Shown: piece after piece, positions 28,710 through 40,344 of the stretch
Position numbering within the stretch: position 1 is the first letter of the stretch
Layout of the letters: the number at the start of each line of letters is the position of its first letter
Origin: Balanoglossus misakiensis
Taxonomy: Eukaryota > Animalia > Hemichordata
Direction: 5' to 3'
Assembly: GCA_040954595.2 (NCBI GenBank)
Contig: CM082582.2
Location: 7,256,063-7,320,062 of the forward strand
DNA: 64,000 bases
The notes under the pieces: model-generated
The model's input: the letters and a program-made list of their open reading frames with translations, nothing else
Databases searched by the model: none
What the model was told of the DNA's origin: nothing
Translations under genes and position numbers: made by a program

Positions 28710-28860
28710 TGGTCATTGACCTCTCAGCCCCAGGGTCATTCAGGCGGCATCACCTGACTTGACCTCTCCGGGTGAGGTCATTTGGAGTCACGTGACTATT
28801 GACCTCGCAGCCGGATTGGGATCCCATAGTCTGAATTGTTGGCAGCTGCGTTGTTGACCT
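28710..28860. promoter_or_regulatory. Dense cluster of nuclear-receptor half-sites plus a GTCACGTGAC E-box palindrome
   Basis: TGACCT at 28717, 28760, 28800, 28855; AGGTCA at 28775; GGGTCA at 28733; TGGTCA at 28710; GTCACGTGAC at 28787-28796. Confidence 0.5.
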
Positions 28861-29449
28861 TCGCATGCGGTGGCCTTATGAAAAATGGAAGTATTTATGA
28901 ACCAATGTCCAGCACATTGTCAGTGGCCAAAGAAGATTCCAATGAATCAATGCTATTAATGATCTTATTGTTTGAAACCGCCCTTGTGTTAAATGGTCTG
29001 TGATTGCCAGTCCTTGAGAATTGAATATTTGATGACATTTCAGAGATGTTAGTGATATTGTTAAGTTTTTTTTTAATAATATAGAAGCATAAATTCCCAT
29101 GCGGTCAACCACACCACATTCTCATCACCAATCCTTCACATTAAAGGAATTTATGCAATGCAGTACGAAACAAGAAAAATCTTTGACCTGTATAAACTGT
29201 CTTTCCAGTAACTGTAATCATTCTCATTCTTTCATTGTCTGAAAACCTTCTGTAAGCAGTGTCTGTACAATCTGTGTTTCAACACCAATCTAATATTCAC
29301 ACACTGACTCTGTAAATTTCAGACATATATTGGTTGAGCACCGATATTTTACTGGAGTTCCTTGTACATATATGTAACTTATACTTGTGTTTTGATGAAT
29401 GACTGTAAATGAGCTTAGACAGGGACACTGTCAGTTTGATCCCTAATTG

Positions 29450-29468
29450 TTTATTGAATTGAAATAAA
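29450..29468. terminator. Back-to-back polyadenylation signals for convergent MEAK7 (TTTATT 29450-29455) and NAPG (AATAAA 29463-29468)
   Basis: First canonical AATAAA hexamer I could find downstream of each stop codon; usage is inferred. Confidence 0.5.
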
Positions 29469-30151
29469 GTTAACAACAAAGAAAGTCTTATATTACAGTA
29501 ATCTTAATCCTTCTGATATGTCCAACTGATTACTGCTGAAGACAAATGGAATTTCCAATAAAAGTTTACTCTTTGTAAATGGCAGAAACGTGGTTTTTTT
29601 TACTTCTCATCAGTAAATAGAATGATTATAAAATGCAGCATATCTGAAAGATGCATCTGAATTGTTATCATTGCACTGAAAATTGTCAAAACAATTTACA
29701 AATCAATCTTTAGTTTGTTACATCTATTTACTAAATCATTGTAAAGAGCTCACAATCTACTACTGAGATGTACTAAAAATATTAGTATGACATGGATATT
29801 CTCAATAAAATTGACCCAAAGATGCAACTGGCAAATTCAACAAAACAGTATCGCAAAAATACTCCAGCACGGAGTAGACCACTGGTCTTTTTTTAAATAT
29901 AGAATATGCACATCATGTATATTTGCCCACAGCCGGGTCAACTTCTCCAACGGCACAAAATAAAGAGTAGTACTGCAGCATGGACCATCCATAACCTGCA
30001 AGAGTTAATATCTGTCGAAATAAATGCTTACGTAAAAAATAGTTCAATGAAGGCATCGGTGGAGGAAACTCGGTTTTCGCAGAACATTAAAGTGTAAACA
30101 CATGTACTTGTCCCTTTAAAGCTAAATTTCACTTCTAACTTCAAAAGGACA

Positions 30152-33100
30152 CTACATTGGTGGTAAATCTTTCACTTCGGGAATATCAGGGTCTAAATCT
30201 CGTAGACCTTCACTCTTGCGCCCTTTCCCAGTCAATTCCAATATGGCCGCCGCTTCTGGGTCTGCGTCCAAGATACTTGGTCTTTTCTCTTCTTCCTGGA
30301 AAAAAATTTTATTTTTGTGAAAAAATCTTTAAAAGACACCCCTTTTCTCTATTCTTTATATTTTTAGTACAATGTTCCCATGGAGATGAGTTAGAAAAAC
30401 TAAGGAAATGATTTGATTGGTTAGCGTGTGTGTCTGTCCTGTCTGTCTGTCTTCCAAACCTTACCTCAGGTTTTGGTGGCAGAGGACCGACCCTCCAAAC
30501 TTCCAGCACTTGTATTTTGAAGTTGGATTCCTTGGACAGCTGCGGACTTCCATAGGTGGTGCACCTGGGTTCAGCCTTACTGTGTCCCGTTCCGAAATTG
30601 GCGTCCAACCACAGACCGCAGTAGCTGAACTGGCCTCCCATTCCCTGGGAATGTGCACGAAACGAAAACTATTCAAGGATCACTCCAGCATTCTGATAAT
30701 ACTTTATGTCAGATATAGCTACATAGCTAGTTGTCTTTTCGTGGTAAAACACGTCATACATTTTTCTCCACTCATAATGACTGCTTCAAGAATTAGCTGA
30801 CCCAGTTAAATAGTTAATTTAACTTACAAGTCCATTGGGCAGTGTTTGTTGATTTTGGTTGACATACATGTAATTTTCGTTTCTCCCCGACGACCTGTAG
30901 ACATCCATAAATGGGGACAAACTGAACAGGAAACAACTTGAACTTCCTGAAACAGAATCAAAAGAACCATAATCATTTTTCTTTTACTTTTCTCTTGCAC
31001 CTCTCCAAGTTGTTGTCAATTTTATAACAGTTGCTGAAAACAATGTTGTTTTCTTCAATCCCACAGAAGCTTGGTACAGGAGTAGCTATGCCATATTGTG
31101 CCCGGGAAAACTGTTCAATTCATGTTACAAGGGTTGCATTTCTATGGCAACAACACACACACATACTGATTTACATGTGAGTAAACCACTTTGCACTGTT
31201 GCATTGTGGGATTGATGGACGTATCTGCAAGTCCACACTGGGGGAAAATCTACTAAAACTGTTTGACGAACAACAGACTACTCACCATAGAAGTTGGCCT
31301 GAGAACGCCAACTCTCAGACGCGAACCCGCCAAAGACGTGCCCGTCCGTGTCCATGACGACGACCACGCTGGGGCCCTTGTCGCCGACGGCCTGCGCGAA
31401 CGTGGAGAAGCTCTCGCCGTGCAGCCGGGTGGAGAACAGCAGCCGCCACTCGGTCTGGAGTTTCTGCGGCAAGTGGTGGTTGAGGAAGAGCACCGAGGGG
31501 ACGTCCAGAACGCTGTTCAGTTTGCCCCACATGAAGGTGACGTCGCGGCAGACGGGGAAGGCCGCCGCTTGTTGGTAGATCGCCGTGGAATCCATGGGCG
31601 TGCCGCTCGCGCCTTCATCACCCTGAAATCAGCGAATGCGAGACAAGAATAAAGATTGGAAATCGTAAAAGAAAAAGAATGGAAGTGGAGTTACCCTTTG
31701 TAACAAAAATTATCCAGAGCAATGAAAGAACTGAATTCTGAATGACGGCTGGTTGCAATGCAATGAACAACTAATAGTATGCAAATTTCAGTACATGTAC
31801 TGAAATTTGCATACTAGTACACATGTATATATCAAAAAATGTTTTACCTGATCATGCTGGAATTTAAATGCATATCTGAAGGCAACCGTGAGGACTTGAG
31901 AGAAATATGGTTTGGAACTCAGCCACTCTTCAATATCTTCATCTGTGAAGGACATGTCTGGTAGATCCAAACTAGCTGCTGTGTCTGAGGAATTGAAAAT
32001 CACAAAAGACAGAAACATAATCACTTTATACTTATTTGTGCACTATCAAAACTATAAAATCAACCTTGACTACAATCTAGAATTTTATATTTCAAAATAA
32101 ATGGTTTCAGATTTCTTTTGAATAATTACTGTGAAATTAAAATTAACACCAGCTGATTTGCAGAATGGTGTGGCTATGAAATGGGTCAAACAGACTCAAC
32201 TAGGACAGCTAAAATGAAGCTAATTATTAATGACACCGTATTTATTTTCAAGTTCCCTTGAGACACAGAGGGCGCTGCAACTCAGCATTTCCCATATTAA
32301 CCATGACTTTCGCTAAATGATTTTGTCTACACATGGTCTGTACATGTAATGGACAGATTCAAATTGAGACCACAGATGAAGTTACAGCTACCATGACGAC
32401 AAGATGACTTTGGTGGGTGATCACAATGTTTTACTTTCAAATCACATTTTTAATGAAAATACACATATCCAGGAGACTGCACTGTTACCTTTAAAATCTG
32501 CCTTATCTATTTGAGCTGAGAATTATAAAAAAAAAGTAAACAGGCTTCATTTTTGACATCCTGGGTAAGCCAATTTAGCAGCTTATTTTCACATCTCATT
32601 TGCATCCAAGTGCAGAAACAATAGTTATAGTGGCAATTATAGCTAGCATTGAGCTGACCTACTGTAAAGTCCAATGGAAAAAACAACCAGTTGAATGTTA
32701 TGTGTATGTGACATACCTTTCCAGAAGAGATCTCTGAGGAGATAGCGAGCAAATCGACTGTTAGATTCCGATGATGCGTTACCCAGGTGCCACTTCTTCG
32801 CTTGTATACTCGCCCGCATAGCATCTTGTATGTAGCCAATAATATCGCTGACAAACTGCATGAACCAATAAAAAAGAAAGACTGTCATTGTGACATTAAC
32901 ATAATTAAGCCCCCCCCCCTCCACTGCCTATGTTTGGTCCATTCCAATTGTTTTCAGTGGCGTGAATGGACCAACTCAACTACGAATGGGGATGACAGTG
33001 TTAATGAACGTTCCATGATATGAAACAACCCCTTTCAAACAAAGTGAAACATTTCTGTGTGGAGAACACAAGCAAAGTACCTGATACATTTCCTCCGCCG

Positions 33101-34085
33101 TCACACTGTCCCCGTTCTCCGTTGCCAGGTGATGGACGACTGCGCTCTGCTCTTCCGCCGACCCCTTCAGCAGGAGCGCCATGGAGGCGGTGAACATCTC
33201 CACGGTGACGATGGAGCACTTTTCGCCGCTTGGGGATATATTGCACATCTCATGGTGGAGTCTGGAGATGATCTTTTCAGAAAGACGGCCGCCGATGTAT
33301 TTCTGACGAACAAAAACATCATATACTGTTAGTGATACATATAAGTTATAACAATGTTTCACTTTTAGTTTCACTGTCCAGTGAAACAATCGGAAATAAA
33401 CATCAGTGTTGTCAATTTCTATGGTGATTTTGATTGATAAATTCACAGTTCTAACACTGAGCTAGATTTGGGTTAGCTCCGGTCCGCGGAATACACCAGC
33501 AGCTGACGTTATTGAATTTCACACTGTACTGTAGCCTTGACAGTTTTGAAAACAAGCTATTCTTTGTCCCAATGACCTTTTAGTTTTACATTGAATTACA
33601 AAGCTGCTGGCCTATTGTCACATGCGCACAGGAAATCATAACTTTTCAGGATATCGTTTCTATCTTGTGATATTCACGAGTATGTGACTGTGTGTCACTT
33701 GGGTAACGCAATATACATTTCATTATTTGCACACACAAAATTGACATGGTCCTATCATGTTTTTCTGAGTGTGTCATTATGCACATGTAGAGTTGCGCTG
33801 CGTTTTAAACCATGCAAAACCACCTTTGGCAGCTGAAATGGCAAGCCCCATATACGTTATGACAATGTAAACATGTAGTGTCATGTGTGTTCCAAGCATG
33901 CCTAGTCAATCGCAGACCTTTACCTGAAGACTTTTCAACCCGAATGCAGTTTTCACCGCAGAGTTGCCATTGATGCTACTTGCTATGGTGTTGAAAATGC
34001 GCTCCAGTTCTTCTTTTTCGCCAGCGCTGAAAAGTGCTACGTATTTCAGAGTATCGTCGTCTTTCTTGCTCTCCGATCCACCCAT
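30152..34085 (-). CDS. MEAK7: mTOR-associated protein MEAK7 / TLDc-domain protein TLDC1, 8 coding exons, 479 aa
   Basis: Minus-strand exons 34085-33924, 33302-33081, 32855-32717, 31984-31848, 31622-31286, 30946-30828, 30644-30465, 30295-30152 (1440 nt, phases consistent). N-terminal myristoylation-type MGGSES; TLDc motifs WRLLFSTRLHGESFSTF, DTDGHVFGGFAS, CFLFSL, NYMYVNQNQQTLPNGLGMGGQ, GLWLDANFGTGHSKA, CTTYGSPQLS, LEVW; C-terminal SILDADPEAAAILELTGK..SEGLR typical of MEAK7. Confidence 0.94.
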
Positions 34086-34679
34086 AGTAACGACGAGGCC
34101 GGCGATAGAGCCGAAGGACTGCAATAATAAGACGTTTCAACAACTCATGTGACGATGACGACTTAGTAAATAATAGGAAATGAATGAGTTCGTGACCTTG
34201 TATGAACTTAAGGCCGCCTAACTCTGTGTCGAAAAGTGTGCACTCCCTAGGAAGCCGGTGTTTTGGCAATAAGAGGACGTGCCCGTTTAAACGCTGGGGG
34301 CGCTTCTTCGCAGTAGGTGCGTTTCATTTACAAAAACAATGTCCTTTTATGTTATCGTTAATTTGATTTCTTCGGTCGGTACCTCCTTTTGTTTCCGAAG
34401 GTTTAGCTATGCATGAAAATACATATCTATCAGCAATTATGTTGTACAAGCCGATATCACTGAGAAACTCGCGAACATCAATATAACAATGATGCACGAA
34501 GCATTTACCCTTTGATGAAATTCAGTGAATCTGAAATGCATGTCAACCGAATATTGTCCTTGTCACTCCAAAACATCTTCTTCAGATCAACAAATTGGGC
34601 TCAAATCTAACGTGGCGTTCCCGCGATGCATGGAGATTACACAAATACATATGCACACACAGGTACGTCATAAGCTTAA

Positions 34680-34853
34680 AGGTATACGGTCACCTATACA
34701 AATTTAGCCACAGTTACCATGGTAAATCGAGATCTAACCAATCACAGATTTTCAGTGGGTGGCACACGCGAAAATAAAGCGTTCTTTAGAACACTCAAAT
34801 ACGCCATTTCAACTATATATGGCGATATGTAAATTGGAGGTGACCGTATACCT
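34680..34853. mobile_element. MITE with TTAA target duplication and AGG...CCT ends (Kolobok/T2-like)
   Basis: TTAA|AGGTATACGGTCACCT...AGGTGACCGTATACCT|TTAA: perfect 16-bp terminal inverted repeats; second copy at 37107-37290. Confidence 0.88.
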
Positions 34854-34973
34854 TTAACCTTAACCAATGACCCAGTGAGACAATAGACAGGTCACCTATA
34901 CATTCAACTTGGCTTGGCTGGGGCTGCGCTTCTACGGTTCCTACTCCCTGACCTCATTTATCGATTTTCAAAA

Positions 34974-36642
34974 ATGAAGATCATTTCTTGTACTCCCAAT
35001 GGTGTACACTGCGCCTTTCGAATTGACAGCATGCCTCGTGAACACTTTGACGAGATGGGTATGTGTACTATTTTCTTCTTCTGTCTGGTATGTGCTTTCA
35101 ACAGATTGTTGTGAGTCACATGTTGGTGGATTTCATACTGTGTTAGTTTATGCATGGAGGTACTCTCTAGTACCTCCATGGTTTATGCATGGCGCTCCAT
35201 GATTTATGCAACTCTCATTTCACAACGATATCGGAATGCAAGTGGACCAACCGCCCCGAGTAAATTTGATACCATGACCCTCCACTATATCTAAAAACCA
35301 GAAGAATCACGTCAACAAAGCCGAATAACAATCACACAGGCGACCTAAATTTTGCTTTGAGAACAAACATTTACTGTACAGTCTGCGCAAACGTGTGTCC
35401 TGTCCATAAAGACGGAATTCTTGGTAGGTTTAATTTTCACAGATCCGAATACAATATACACACAGATTCTTCGGAGAAAAATCTCGTCGACTTTGAACCA
35501 CACATCCATTACATAACAACTTCAAATATTTACCTTCGCGTCGCCCAGAGCACAGAAAATATCTATAAGAAATCATTTATCCCATCTGCTGTTGCCATTT
35601 TAAATAAGAATATGTCAAATACATCTTCAGGAAGCAGAGCTAGAGTTTTTAACAGAGAATTTTAGAAATCGCTTGTATATTGACATGTAACTCTTGTTAT
35701 TTGTGCTATATGCCTGATGCCAAAAGCAAATCTCCACATTGGACAATAAAGAAGCTTTTGTTATCTTATCTTCATCGGTGAACGGATGGGGTGGGGGTCC
35801 CCAGGTAATAAACAGAAGAACGACGTATTCCTGCCTGGTTTACTTGTAGTACAAAATGCATGTATGTATGTGTGCTTTCACCTTTAGATCGCCCTATCAT
35901 CTGGCATTTGTTTTCAATCATGAAAGCATTCTGGAAGATGGCCGACGCACCACCCTACGGGTATCTGAACTTGGGAAGACTCTACCGTGACGATATCCTC
36001 TTGTTTCATCGTTCAATAGTCTACAACTTTCTGCCGGAGTTCCATACTCATCTCAAGCCGTCGACTGCGATGGAAAATCACCGCACCCTAATTCACGTTG
36101 GCAAAACATCCTACATTCAATACAGCGAACTGCGCGCTAGTGGTGGCGTACTTTTATCGACAAGCCACGAACAGATTGTATCTGTGGACGGATCCACAAG
36201 ACGGCCCACCCAGCTATCAGATTGGTTCAGACAACTCTATGGTCCGCAGGTAACTGGCCAACCAGCGCAAGCGCAGTACATGAACAGGTTGACAGATGTT
36301 CCAACAACAGCATTCAAACACAGCATCCGGGTAACTGCGAGTGATACCGACGACTTCAACGATCACGTCTCCCACGTGGCATACCCCAAATATGCTGAGG
36401 AAAGTTCTCGCGTGGCCGCTAAGAATCGCGCCTACCCTTCATTCAACCGAGACATGACCAGCCACAAAATCAAGTCCATAGGTTTACTCTACATGAGAGA
36501 AGCTCTCCTGGATGACGTCTTAACAGTGGAAACGTGGGAAGATGCGAATGACCGATGCAAGTTGAATTTCCTGATAAAGAAGGAAAATGAAGAAATCTGT
36601 CACTGTAGTATGGAATATTATAACACTATGTCAAAGTTATAG
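34974..36642 (+). CDS. Tandem paralogue 1: double-hotdog (acyl-ACP/acyl-CoA thioesterase-like) protein with PTS1 SKL, 279 aa
   Basis: Exon 1 34974-35058 (MKIISCTPNGVHCAFRIDSMPREHFDEM, phase-1 donor GTATGT) joins exon 2 35888-36642 in frame. Hotdog-like motifs FD..G/D, VGKTS, VSVD..TRRP..L.DW; C-terminal DTDDFNDHVSH..Y and YMREALLDD; ends SKL*. Gene structure is firm, function is inferred. Confidence 0.85.
35530..35772 (+). mobile_element. 5'-truncated LINE 3' end (Rex1/Babar or CR1/L2-like) in the intron of paralogue 1
   Basis: Peptide remnant IYKKSFIPSAVAILN resembles the C-terminal K.SF.P.A..LN motif of these LINE ORF2 proteins; followed by GGACAATAAAG and a short (TATCT)n tail; absent from the matching introns of paralogues 2 and 3. 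Confidence 0.6.
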
Positions 36643-36957
36643 AATTGCTATGCCCAAAATTCATGAACTGCGTTAGTGAATTTTTCTCGCTTTTTTATTT
36701 AATAAACGTATTCTAACTATGATGTGTGTATATACATCCACGTTTTCTAAGCAAAACTAGGCCTACCACGCTTTGTATGACAAAAATGTATGAAGATTAC
36801 ACAAACACACATGAACACATGCAGGTACACGTCACAATGACCCAAGGAGACGTACCCTAGACAGGTCACCTTTGTCCAGATACTGTCCGTGGCTTGGTTT
36901 GACTGCGCTTCTACGGGGTTCCTACGTCGCCGACCTCATATACTGATTTGTTTTAAA

Positions 36958-38320
36958 ATGAAGATCATTTCATGCACTCCCAATGGTGTTCACTGCGCCT
37001 TTCGAATTGACAGCATGCCCCGAGAACACTTTGACGAGATGGGTACGTGTACTATTCTCTCCTTCTTTCTGTTTATTTAGTACTGGCGGAAAGCAGACTG
37101 TCTTAAAGGTATACGGTCACCTCCAATTTACATATCGCCATATATGGCTGAAGTGGCGTATCTGAGTGTTCTAAAGAACACATGATGGCGCTTTTTTTTC
37201 GCGTGTGCCACCTACTTAAAATCTGTGATTGGCTAGATCTTAATTTTCCATGGTAACTGAAGCTAAATTTTCATAGGTGACCGTATACCTTTAAGCCACA
37301 TGTTCGTTGATTTCATACTTTGTTAGTTTCTGCATGGAGCGCCATACTTTATGCAACTCTTATTTCACAACACGACATTGGAATGCAAGTGGGCCCACCG
37401 CCCCTCCTTTGATACTTTGACCCACCTCTATATCTAAAAACCAGAAGAATCACGTCAACAAAGCCGAATATCAATTACACTGGCGACCCTTAAACTCAGC
37501 TTTATGAACAAACATTAATGCCTGTCTGGTTTACTTGTATGATGTATGTATGTGTGCTTTGAATTCATCTTTAGGTCGCCCCATCGTCTGGCATTTGTTT
37601 TCAATCATGAAAGCATTCTGGTACTTGGTCGACAAAGCACCGTACGAGTATCTCAATTTGGGAGCTCTCTACCGTGACGATATCATGTTGTTTCATCGTT
37701 CAATAGTCTACAACTTCCAGCCGGAGTTCCATACTCATCTCAAGCCATCGACTGCGATGGAAAATCACCGCACCCTAATTCACGTTGGCAAAACATCCTT
37801 CATTCAATACAGCGAACTACGCTCTCGTGGTGGCATACTTTTATCGGTATGCCACGAACAGTTTGTATCTATGAGTAGATCCACAAGACGGCCCACCCAG
37901 CTATCAGATTGGTTCAGACAACTCTATGGTCCAAAGGTAACTGGTCAACCAGCGCAGTACATGAACAGGTTGACAGATGTTCCAACAACAGCATTCAAAC
38001 ACAGCATCCGGGTAACTGCGAATGATACCGACGAATACAATCACGTGTCTCATGTGGTATACCCCAAATATGCTGAGGACAGTTCTCACGTAGCCGCTGA
38101 GAATCGCGCCTTCCCTTCGTTCAACCGAGACATGACCAGCCACAAAATCAAGTCCATAGGTTTACTCTACATGAGAGAAGCTCTCCTGGATGACGTCTTA
38201 ACAGTTGAAACGTGGGAAGATGCGAATGACAGATGCAAGTTGAATTTCCTGATAAAGAAGGAAAATGAAGAAATCTGTCACTGTAGCATGGAATATTATA
38301 ACACTATGTCAAACTTATAG
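36958..38320 (+). CDS. Tandem paralogue 2: double-hotdog thioesterase-like protein ending SNL, 276 aa
   Basis: Exon 1 36958-37042 and exon 2 37575-38320 in frame; same 85-nt first exon; motifs DTDEYNHVSHVVYPKY and YMREALLDD; ends SNL*. Confidence 0.85.
37107..37290. mobile_element. Second copy of the same Kolobok/T2-like MITE, opposite orientation, in the intron of paralogue 2
   Basis: Same 16-bp TIRs and TTAA flanks; interior is the reverse complement of 34680-34853 (CCAATTTACATATCGCCATATAT versus ATATATGGCGATATGTAAATTGG). Confidence 0.88.
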
Positions 38321-39121
38321 AATTGATATGCCCAAAATTCATTAAGAGCGTTAGTGAATTTGTCTCGTTTTTTATTTTAATGTGAAATATGACCTGTCTC
38401 TATAGTACAGACCTGTCTATATTAAAGTAGTATATGTTTAGCAAAGTTTCATAAAGTCAGGTGCCGTGATTTAGGTTGTTTTCTTGCACAACTGAAATAT
38501 TACGGCGTGAAATTCAATGATGCACATTGGCTGTGTATAATTAAATATTGTTTAGCTTTAGGAATGCTACAATAAACTGGTTTAAATATCACACAGAACA
38601 ACGTACAGTACGCTATTTCTCTATCGTTACACAATCGATATATGTTAAATTGCACCACCAGTACCATGACATGTCCATGAACTGGCGGACATATACGAGT
38701 GATGATATCATAGAGGTAACGCTTGCCTAATTCATCTGTTTACTGTTCAAGGGTAAGTGTAGTCAAATGTATTCACTCCCTGAATTCGAGCTCTACATTA
38801 TTGTCAGAAGTCATTATATTTAACTGGACACATGATAATTTTACCCATGGTGAAAAATCTCTAATTTCATCAGTGAATCTGAAAGGAATGCCCACCAAAT
38901 CATGTCAAACCTTTTCACTCCGAAACATCCAACAAATTTGATTCGTCTCTAACGAGCCGTGCCTGGGATGCGCAGAGATGACACAAACACACACGTGCAC
39001 GTGGTTAGTCACGTAGACCAATGACCCAGGGTGACCCTAGACAGGTCACCTTAGCCCAGATACTGTTGCTCTGCTACGCTTCTACGGTTCATACTTACCT
39101 CATATACTGATTTGTTTTTAA

Positions 39122-40344
39122 ATGAAGATCATTTCCTGCACTCCCAATGGTGTACACTGCGCCTTTCGAATTGACAGCATGCATCGTAAATACTTTGACG
39201 AGATGGGTATGTGTACTATTTTCTTCTTCTGTCTATTATTTTAAGACTGGCGGTAGGCCATTGGTATTATGTGCTGTCAACATATTTTTTGTGAGTCTCG
39301 TGCTCGTTTATGTCATTCTTTGTTAGTTTATGCAACTCGTATCTCGGTTAGCTCTCACAACGATATTGGAATGCAAGTGGACCCACAACACTTACTTTGA
39401 TATTATGACCTTCCTATTCTAAAAAAACAGAATAATTACGTCAGCAAAACCAGAATATTTTCATTAATTTTCACAGTTCACTTTCATTATATCGCATTGG
39501 GGAGGGTCCCATGTGTATGAGTAATTAATACAACGCCATATGCGTGTCTGCTTTACTTGTAGTCCTAATGTGTCAGTGATGTATTTGTGCTTTCGACTCA
39601 GGTCACCTCATCGTCTGGCATTTGTTTTCGATCATGAAAACATTCTGGAAGATGGTCGAGATACAACCGTACGAGTATCTGAACTTGGGAATCCTCTACC
39701 TTGATGATATCGTGGTGTTTTATCGTTCAGTGGTGTACAACTTTCTGCCGGAGTTCCATACTCATCTCAAGCCGTCGACTGCGATGGAAAATCACCGCAC
39801 CCTAATTCACGTTGGCAAAACATCCTACATTCAATACACCGAACTACGAGCCCGTGGTATACTTTTGTCGACAGGATACGAACAGATTGTATGTGTGAAC
39901 AAGCTCAAGAGGCTGCCCGCAACGATTCCAGATTGGTTTAGGCAACTCTATGGTCCGCAGGTAACTGGTCGACCAGTGCAGTACATGAAGAGGTTGACAG
40001 ATGTTCCAACAGTAACATTCAAATACAACGTCCGGGCAACTGCGGAAGATCACGAGGGATTCAAGCACGTGTCTCATGTGGCATACCCTAAATATATAGG
40101 GGTATGTTCATATGTAGCTGCCGAGAATCACGCATATCCTTCCTTCAGCCGAAACATGGCAAACCACAAAATCAAGTCCTTCGGTATACTCTACATGAGA
40201 GAAACTGTCATGGGTGACGTCTTAACAGTTGAAACGTGGGAAGATGCGAATGACCGATGCAAGTTAAATTTCCTGGTTAAAAAGGAAAATGAAGAAATCT
40301 GTCATTGTAGTATGGAATATTATAACAATCTATCAAAGCTGTAA
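39122..40344 (+). CDS. Tandem paralogue 3: double-hotdog thioesterase-like protein with PTS1 SKL, 275 aa
   Basis: Exon 1 39122-39206 and exon 2 39602-40344 in frame (FDEMGHLIVWHLFSIM); motifs DHEGFKHVSHVAYPKY and YMRETVMGD; ends SKL*. Confidence 0.85.

Noticed and set aside
31263-31652. Plus-strand ORFs of 129 aa and 76 aa
   Set aside because: Antisense shadows of the GC-rich MEAK7 exon 5.
35860-35887. ORF-track N-termini of the paralogues (MYVCVLSPL, MYDVCMCALNSSL)
   Set aside because: Intronic sequence upstream of the acceptor; the real N-terminus is the conserved 85-nt upstream exon found in all four copies.
36093-36115. P-loop NTPase motif suggested by GKTS in the tandem paralogues
   Set aside because: No GxxxxGK[ST] spacing (context is RTLIHVGKTS); it fits the G.(T/S)S strand turn of hotdog folds instead.
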